From IMG/VR virus record IMGVR_UViG_3300032073_000001: a DNA stretch of 20,000 nucleotides, one strand, 5' to 3'. The position numbers and the translations under genes were made by a program. The DNA comes from an uncultured virus (IMG/VR IMGVR_UViG_3300032073_000001) (Duplodnaviria > Heunggongvirae > Uroviricota > Caudoviricetes). The notes below the pieces were generated by a model that saw nothing but the letters and a program-made list of their open reading frames with translations, did no database searches and had not been told where the DNA came from. Positions 9,656 through 15,766 of the stretch are shown piece by piece; the stretch's first letter is position 1; the number at the start of each line of letters is the position of its first letter.

Positions 9656-10630
9656 TTACCCCGTCATGAAGTCAATTGGATCTTCCCAATTGAGTCTTGC
9701 TTCTTCTTCTAATTTTAGTATCTCTTCGTTTGCGTCATCAAATAGTTGTCGACCGTTAAATGTCACACCTCCAGGCATTACCATACCTTCGAATTTGATT
9801 AAGTTCGCTCCCCATTGTCTTTTTATTAATGCTGTCGCGTATCTTTTCAAATAATAATCGTTATAAACATCAGTGTATGTTGCTGGATCTAGTATTCGCT
9901 GACATTCTAATATTAGATATGTTTCTCCTGCAACAGCTTCTTTTTCCCAATTCATATCAATTCTAATCGTATTTCTATGACGATTGAAATCATAATGATG
10001 ATCATCGCTATCGATAATAAGATCTACCATTGATAACCATTGTTGTGAAATTTCATAATTAACTAAGCTTCCTAAATAACCTAATGAATATATATCATTT
10101 AAGTGTAATTGATACTTGATATCAAATAAGGATGCTGTAGTTGAGGTATCACTAATTGGAAATATACGAGTTACATTTGTAACCAAATCAGGAACATCTA
10201 AATATCCTTTTTCTATATCACCAAGTGTTATACTACTTACGGTTGCAGTTGTTCCAGAATCTCCACCTGTTATTGTTTCATTTGCTGTAAATGCAGTAAC
10301 AGTTTCATGAGTAATATAAGGATAATACAATTTAGTACCGGTAGAATCTTTATGAACAACAGCAGTTGCTCCTGATGTTCCTCCAGTTATTGTTTCTCCT
10401 ACGTTAAAGTTACTTGCAACAGAAGTTGTTAATGTTAAATACGAAGCTGTTACTAAATGCTTTAAAAACACTTTTTCTACGGCATCACTGTGATATTCGT
10501 TATAAAATTGAAATGCTTCATCGATTCTGTCATCGACTTGATCATCATCAACATTAATTTCAATCACAGGATGACCTAAAGCTCTTTTGCAATAAGTTAT
10601 AAACGTCGCTCTTGAATTTGGTTTTGCCAT
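9656..10630 (-). CDS. gp13: Neck protein (T4 gp13-like) with an internal inserted domain
   Basis: MAKPNSR, YCKRALGHPVIEINVDDDQVDDRIDEA, VYNDYYLKRYATALIKRQWGANLIKFEGMVMPGGVTFNG. Confidence 0.96.
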   Translation of the reverse strand: MAKPNSRATFITYCKRALGHPVIEINVDDDQVDDRIDEAFQFYNEYHSDAVEKVFLKHLVTASYLTLTTSVASNFNVGETITGGTSGATAVVHKDSTGTKLYYPYITHETVTAFTANETITGGDSGTTATVSSITLGDIEKGYLDVPDLVTNVTRIFPISDTSTTASLFDIKYQLHLNDIYSLGYLGSLVNYEISQQWLSMVDLIIDSDDHHYDFNRHRNTIRIDMNWEKEAVAGETYLILECQRILDPATYTDVYNDYYLKRYATALIKRQWGANLIKFEGMVMPGGVTFNGRQLFDDANEEILKLEEEARLNWEDPIDFMTG

Positions 10631-10649
10631 ATTATTCTCTCTATATTCT

Positions 10650-10657
10650 TATTTATA
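10650..10657 (-). promoter_or_regulatory. T4-type late promoter TATAAATA upstream of gp13, overlapping the stop of the 398-aa ORF
   Basis: Plus-strand TATTTATA about 20 nt upstream of the gp13 ATG. Confidence 0.8.
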
Positions 10658-11849
10658 CGTCCCAATCGAGAAATACAAAATTGTATTGTACTCCACTTTC
10701 AAATGTCATACCGACAGATGGCCAAACAACATCAACATAATCATTTGATGCATCATACGCAGTTATGGTTGCATCGTCCATATCTAATACGACATAACCG
10801 CGTTGCCCAGTGTTGGTGTTCAAGTTGGTATAGTCGGTTGCAACTAACAGCTGATGCCAGCCTGCAGTACTGCTATTGCCGCTTTGCGCTGTACCACTAC
10901 TAGATGCTGAAAGACTGCCAAGTCCATTCCAATAATTATTTGTTCCACCAGTATTAAATCTTATATGTAATTTATTACCAGTTACATTTGCTGAATAATC
11001 ATTTGTAGATGATTGAAACCAGTTTCTTGTCATAAAGGCGGTAATTGCTCTATCAGAATTTCCTCCGCCTAAACCATTTTCGCCTAAACCGACATAACTT
11101 GGATTAGGCATACTGCCCATATTTTCTCCCCAACTAGAAGAAGTTGCATATCCTATATCGTATTCGTGGTTATATAAAACTGTGCCTTTCCCGCCTCCCT
11201 GAGTCCAAGTTCTATTAGTACTTTTAGCTCCGGCAACAAAATATCCACCATTCAATTGATCTAAATCGCCATTAATATCACTCGCAATACCTTGCGGCTG
11301 ATTGAAATCGCTGGCCGATATTTCTCCTTCATTAGAAACTGTACCAGAATCTTTCCATCCCGGACGTATACCCGCCCCCGGGTACATATCTGAAAATGAA
11401 ATTTCATCTGCACTGGCCAATGTTCCTTTGTATTTGGCTCTTGCAGTGCTTATCGACGGATTTGTGACCAATGCATTACCAGGAACAATACTTTGTCTAT
11501 GATAATAATATAAAAACCCGCCAAAAAAACCAGTGTAGGTTGTTTCTTGAAATGTTACAGACCAATTGGTCGCGCTATTGCCGATCGTTACATACCATAA
11601 ATAAATACTATCATCTCCGTTATACATGGTCCTCTTAGTACCCACAGTACAACCAACAGAACTAATAGTGGAGGGCGCACCTGTAGTTGTACCATATGCA
11701 TTATTATCAGCCATAGTTCTCCATATTACTAGCAACTTTTGTCCAGGCTGGACATCTTGTGTTATGTTAGCTGTAGTTGTCGGGGCAAGAGCAATTCCTG
11801 TAACGGGAGAAACTCCTACACACATGACTACTGGCGTTACTAAACTCAT
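10653..11849 (-). CDS. Putative virion / adhesin-like protein, 398 aa (Gly/Ser/Thr/Asn and aromatic rich)
   Basis: Long ORF with beta-rich structural-protein composition. Internal EISFSDMY...GEISASDF motif is followed by IGY...GSM, resembling the 159-aa ORF. ATGA overlap with the upstream ORF. Confidence 0.55.
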   Translation of the reverse strand: MSLVTPVVMCVGVSPVTGIALAPTTTANITQDVQPGQKLLVIWRTMADNNAYGTTTGAPSTISSVGCTVGTKRTMYNGDDSIYLWYVTIGNSATNWSVTFQETTYTGFFGGFLYYYHRQSIVPGNALVTNPSISTARAKYKGTLASADEISFSDMYPGAGIRPGWKDSGTVSNEGEISASDFNQPQGIASDINGDLDQLNGGYFVAGAKSTNRTWTQGGGKGTVLYNHEYDIGYATSSSWGENMGSMPNPSYVGLGENGLGGGNSDRAITAFMTRNWFQSSTNDYSANVTGNKLHIRFNTGGTNNYWNGLGSLSASSSGTAQSGNSSTAGWHQLLVATDYTNLNTNTGQRGYVVLDMDDATITAYDASNDYVDVVWPSVGMTFESGVQYNFVFLDWDV

Positions 11850-12454
11850 ATGTTAAACTCCAATTTTTTCCAAACAACCGAATTAAATGTAACATCTGAC
11901 CAAATCGGTGTTTTAAACAAATCATCAGAAGATCTTATTTCGGCTTGTACATTAACTGCATCTATATATGTTGTACCTGGTTTCATTAAACAATGCCATT
12001 TATTAACACCTAAATTTTTAAAATGTACAGCTTCTATTTTTAACCAATCTGGGTCATAATACCAAGATTTAGACCCTGCTGTGTTTTTTCTAAGCAATTC
12101 AATATGTGCCCAGAAATAATTACTTTGATCTTCTTCCTCATCTATCCAAGGTTTTTCTTCTCTTAAATTTCCTATACGTAGGCCTACTATTTTTTCTGGT
12201 GAATTAATTGGTTTTTCTATAATTACAAGAGCATGATACGTGCTCTTATTTTCTAAATTTATTGCTATGCCTCTAATTTCGTTATGCAGCTGATAATTAT
12301 AAATTTGTGCACCAGTTAAATGATTTACATCATATGTTGGTTTAGTATCATGTGATAAAGCTGGCAAAGAAGATTGATATAAACTAGAAAAAGTTCCATC
12401 ATCTATCAATGCTTGTACATCTGATGCCGTTATTTGTTTTAATTCATATTCCAT
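11846..12454 (-). CDS. Hypothetical protein, 202 aa, possible GNAT-like acyltransferase fold
   Basis: The ORF is well supported by its own late promoters and coupling to the next gene. The fold guess rests only on the strand/helix pattern ALVIIEK..IVGLRIG..FWAHIELLR..GSKSW..helix..KNLGVNKWHCLM. Confidence 0.4.
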   Translation of the reverse strand: MEYELKQITASDVQALIDDGTFSSLYQSSLPALSHDTKPTYDVNHLTGAQIYNYQLHNEIRGIAINLENKSTYHALVIIEKPINSPEKIVGLRIGNLREEKPWIDEEEDQSNYFWAHIELLRKNTAGSKSWYYDPDWLKIEAVHFKNLGVNKWHCLMKPGTTYIDAVNVQAEIRSSDDLFKTPIWSDVTFNSVVWKKLEFNI

Positions 12455-12508
12455 AGGTCTATTTATACTCAGGTTTCTTTAGTAAATCTACACTTAGATC
12501 TATTTATA
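12454..12508 (-). promoter_or_regulatory. Tandem late promoters TATAAATA (12460-12467 and 12501-12508) within a 14-bp direct repeat
   Basis: Minus strand TATAAATAGATCTA ... TATAAATAGACCTA; one mismatch, 41-bp spacing. Confidence 0.8.
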
Positions 12509-13208
12509 ATTTCCAATTTCCTGGATGCGTTTCTTTTAATTTTTTTATTTGATCGTCTGGAAATACATAACAAACATCCATATTCCATGCCAAAATAGTT
12601 TTACGAGTATCTTCTACTATTATTGGAGCACGATGTAATAGCCATGATGGAAATATTAACATATCACCGGCCTTTGCTTCTGGCCGCATTACTTCTTGAG
12701 TTTCTGGATCCAAAAATTCAGTAATATATTTTTGATCAGATACCTCTACAAAATATACTGCTGACCATTGACACCACTGATGATTATCCCAACCAATATA
12801 ATCCGCGGTACGCATTTGATGATACCACATATGCATAATATTAAATTTATAATCTAAACCGGTTATTTCAGGTTGTATATGAAAATTGGCGTGTTCTCTA
12901 AATTTGTTTTCGGCAGCATCTAAGAATATTCTTTTATAATCACACCATGGGGCTTGTTCTAATATCTTAAACCATGGCATACGCTCTAATTCTTGTCCAG
13001 ATTCATCAAAGGTATTTAATACGTCTTGATATTGCCACTCTGGAGGTAAAAATGGAGAAGAATAATGATTATGCCCGTCAAACTTACTAATACCTAAATT
13101 ATATTCTTGAGTTCCAATTTTATTTGGTAAAGTATCAAAGAATTCTAAAAGTGTTTTGTTAAGTTCTTCATGATTATCAATAGTATACTTATAAATTAGG
13201 TTCTTCAT
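12504..13208 (-). CDS. Putative 2OG-Fe(II) oxygenase (DSBH fold, TIGR02466-like), 234 aa
   Basis: MWYHQM..YIGWDNH..WSAVYFV..TEF..EAKAGDMLIFPSWLLH..RKTILAWN matches the small phage 2OG oxygenase pattern W-x-(N/Q)..HxH..S.VYY..GD...FPSWL.H..R.....N. Confidence 0.85.
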   Translation of the reverse strand: MKNLIYKYTIDNHEELNKTLLEFFDTLPNKIGTQEYNLGISKFDGHNHYSSPFLPPEWQYQDVLNTFDESGQELERMPWFKILEQAPWCDYKRIFLDAAENKFREHANFHIQPEITGLDYKFNIMHMWYHQMRTADYIGWDNHQWCQWSAVYFVEVSDQKYITEFLDPETQEVMRPEAKAGDMLIFPSWLLHRAPIIVEDTRKTILAWNMDVCYVFPDDQIKKLKETHPGNWKL

Positions 13209-14460
13209 TAAATGTCCAATCAGTAGTTTCTTCTATTTCTTTTATAAATTCCTTAGGTATATCATGATCTGCAATTACGGTTCCTGCTCCAGTTATTTTA
13301 TCATTATGATTTGTTACGCCAAAATTACTACAAACGTATTTTCCATGTACATCTATATGTAAATTGTTAGGATATGATACATTATATTTGTTATGTAAAT
13401 GTATAGGATATTCAATTGAGTTATCTTCAATAGTTATTAATAGCTTTTGAATATTTTTATTTTCCCATGCCGTTTCAAACATAGACACGTCATCAAACAT
13501 ACCATCTAAATATTCATCTCCTGTCATAAAGGTAGGTGTACTATTAAATATATCAGGCCGGACATTTAACTCTAAGAAATACCATTTATTGTCTGGAGTT
13601 ATTGCTCCGCAAAAGCTTCCTTCCCAATATTCTCCACGTTTAGCTATTTGTTTTAAAAATTTAGCTGCCTCTTTTCGTACAAGCTCATCGTATTCTTTAC
13701 TAAGAGGTTTTATATAAGATCCTAAATACCACACATTTCCATCAACTGTTTTATTTAAATTTTCACCTATAATTTGTTGTGTATGTGTTATAGCAAATTT
13801 ACCGTTAGAAACAACGAAAAAAACATTTGTTTCTAATATATCGTGCAAATATTCTTCTATATAATAATGCATATCTTTATATTTTGGATATTCTCTATTT
13901 TTAAATAATTCAATTGCACGATCTGCATCTTTTTGCGAATTCATTATACATGCAGGATTCCATATATAAGAAGGTTTTTCTATACAAGGAAATTGTAAAT
14001 CTTGACAATAATTATCATCTGAATATTTACCGCTTCTAATAATTCGAGGAACATTAAAACCCATATCATGTGCTAGAAATTTAGCATAGGCCTTATCAGT
14101 TTCTAATCTGCTTGATTCTTCAGAAGGCCCGATATATTTTACTTTATCAGCAAAATGTTCATATAGATACGCTGCAGTAGGAATACACACTTGTAAAACA
14201 TCGATATTATGTTCATCGATAAGTTTTTCAGTAATATCTATTAATTTTTTTTTAATTTCTTCATATTGTTCATCGCCATAATTAGGCATTGCGCTTAAAC
14301 AAACGATATTATTAATTTCGTTATCAATTAAATTAATACCGAAAGAAGGTTCGTATGTATATGTATCGTGAAAATTAGTATAAACAGTATGTCCAGAATT
14401 AACTAATTCTATAAGTGTGTGAAAGTGTGCCTTAGGCAAATTGTAGTTCAATATGTTCAT
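13189..14460 (-). CDS. Divergent ATP-grasp ligase related to PurD (GAR synthetase) fold, 423 aa
   Basis: IGPSEESSRLETDKAYAKFLAHDMGFNVP resembles PurD FGP..AA.LE.SK.FAK......IP. FPCIEKP, YYIEEYL and FLELNVRP match the ATP-grasp K, EE and ExNxR motifs. The PurD GxGGREHA and GPNTGGMG motifs are missing. Confidence 0.8.
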   Translation of the reverse strand: MNILNYNLPKAHFHTLIELVNSGHTVYTNFHDTYTYEPSFGINLIDNEINNIVCLSAMPNYGDEQYEEIKKKLIDITEKLIDEHNIDVLQVCIPTAAYLYEHFADKVKYIGPSEESSRLETDKAYAKFLAHDMGFNVPRIIRSGKYSDDNYCQDLQFPCIEKPSYIWNPACIMNSQKDADRAIELFKNREYPKYKDMHYYIEEYLHDILETNVFFVVSNGKFAITHTQQIIGENLNKTVDGNVWYLGSYIKPLSKEYDELVRKEAAKFLKQIAKRGEYWEGSFCGAITPDNKWYFLELNVRPDIFNSTPTFMTGDEYLDGMFDDVSMFETAWENKNIQKLLITIEDNSIEYPIHLHNKYNVSYPNNLHIDVHGKYVCSNFGVTNHNDKITGAGTVIADHDIPKEFIKEIEETTDWTFNEEPNL

Positions 14461-14474
14461 AATATTTCTTTCTG

Positions 14475-14954
14475 TTAAGTGTTAAATGCAACAGTAATAG
14501 ATGTTCCTGAGCTATTTGGTATATAAGATCCGCTAAAAATGTGGTGTGTACTACCATATGTGCCAAAAGATGATCTATTAATAGTAGTGCCATGGACTTC
14601 AACAGAAGTCCAATCAGTGGGTAATCCTGAATTCCAGACTATATAAAGACCTGTACCACCAAATCCTGTACGAAACTCATTAATTTGTGGTGTTCCGCTC
14701 AATGTATCTACTGTTCTATCATTCATAGAACCAGCACTTACACCAGCAATATATCCATAACGAGTTCCTGGTTTAGCGCTTTGTGTCCCAATTGTAAGAG
14801 TTGTCGACCATTGTGCAGATAATCCTTTAAATTCTGCCAAACCGTCTGGTGTAGATAACCCTGCGGCCGCTGCAGCAGCTCGCATAGAACCACCTCCGCC
14901 AAATTCTGCGGTTACTACACTTAATGAAGTGGGATTACTATTAGGAACTCCCAT
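14475..14954 (-). CDS. Putative tail-fibre tip adhesin (gp38-like N-terminal attachment module), 159 aa
   Basis: N-terminus ..SLSVVTAEFGGGGSMRAAAAAAGLSTPDGLAEFKGLS resembles, from memory, the T2/S16 gp38 attachment helices (M.AA....L..P..(M/L)..F.G.S). Gly/Thr/aromatic-rich C-terminal part; lies downstream of an S74-bearing fibre; AGGA SD. Confidence 0.6.
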   Translation of the reverse strand: MGVPNSNPTSLSVVTAEFGGGGSMRAAAAAAGLSTPDGLAEFKGLSAQWSTTLTIGTQSAKPGTRYGYIAGVSAGSMNDRTVDTLSGTPQINEFRTGFGGTGLYIVWNSGLPTDWTSVEVHGTTINRSSFGTYGSTHHIFSGSYIPNSSGTSITVAFNT

Positions 14955-14966
14955 GTTTTATTCCTA

Positions 14967-15254
14967 CTAACTAGCGGGTGCTATAACACCATTAGCTACT
15001 TTATGTGCGACACCTAATGCTACTTCTTCAATTCTAGCTACTGTTGCATCGGCGTCATATGTAGTACCATCAGCTTTATAACAAACGTTAACGTTTCTAG
15101 TATGAGTAAGAGCCGGAGAGTCTGAAGTAAATGTTACTATAACATCTCTAACATCATTTACTTCATCAACAGTTTCACCTTCATTATCTGGATCAGGCAC
15201 CTGTGTTGTTCTTTTACCAGTAAAGGTTTCGTCTATTTTATATGTAATTGCCAT
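14967..15254 (-). CDS. Small hypothetical protein in the tail-fibre locus (possible fibre assembly factor), 95 aa
   Basis: GAGG SD, same strand, tightly packed between the fibre and adhesin genes; function inferred only from position. Confidence 0.6.
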   Translation of the reverse strand: MAITYKIDETFTGKRTTQVPDPDNEGETVDEVNDVRDVIVTFTSDSPALTHTRNVNVCYKADGTTYDADATVARIEEVALGVAHKVANGVIAPAS

Positions 15255-15274
15255 TTTATTTTTCCTCTATTATA

Positions 15275-15451
15275 TTAGCTAAAGCAAGCATTATATATTG
15301 CTTTTACTTTTGTTGCTTCGGCAGAGACATCGCTGTCTTTGTCAAAAGTCTTTTGTGTGTTATCATCGTAATCGATAATAAGTTTATCGTCATCATCGTC
15401 GGTAGGCGTTGCAGGCCCATCGTAAAATGTTGCTGTTCTCATTGTTGCCAT
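15275..15451 (-). CDS. Small Asp-rich protein, 58 aa, translationally coupled to the tail fibre
   Basis: Manual translation MATMRTATFYDGPATPTDDDDDKLIIDYDDNTQKTFDKDSDVSAEATKVKAIYNACFS*. TAATG overlap with the fibre stop; GAGG SD within the last codons of the fibre gene; fills the gap. Confidence 0.75.
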   Translation of the reverse strand: MATMRTATFYDGPATPTDDDDDKLIIDYDDNTQKTFDKDSDVSAEATKVKAIYNACFS

Positions 15452-15766
15452 TATTTTTCCTCTAGTTTTTTCTCTAATTCTTTTACTTTATCACTTAGCT
15501 CTTTGATTGCTTCGATAAGTACACCTGTTAAATGGCCATAAGAAACACCGTATCGATCGTTTTCTTTATCATGTGTTACAACTTCAGGTACTATATCTAT
15601 GATTTCTTGAGCAATAACACCCATTCTTTCTGGGGTTACATTATTTCCTTCTGAACCAGATTCTTTAGAATCTTTCCATTCGTATGTAACACCTCTTAGT
15701 TTTTCGACCTTAGCTAAACCATTCTCAATAGTATTTATATTCTTTTTCAGCCTTCTATCAGAAGAA
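15451..15766 (-). other. Peptidase S74 autocleaving chaperone domain of the fibre
   Basis: S-D-x-R-L-K cleavage signature (SSDRRLK), GVIAQE and a terminal coiled coil. Confidence 0.9.

Noticed and set aside
13189..14460. Calling this gene purD, a purine-synthesis auxiliary metabolic gene
   Set aside because: PurD-specific substrate loops are absent and the context is structural, so no symbol was assigned.
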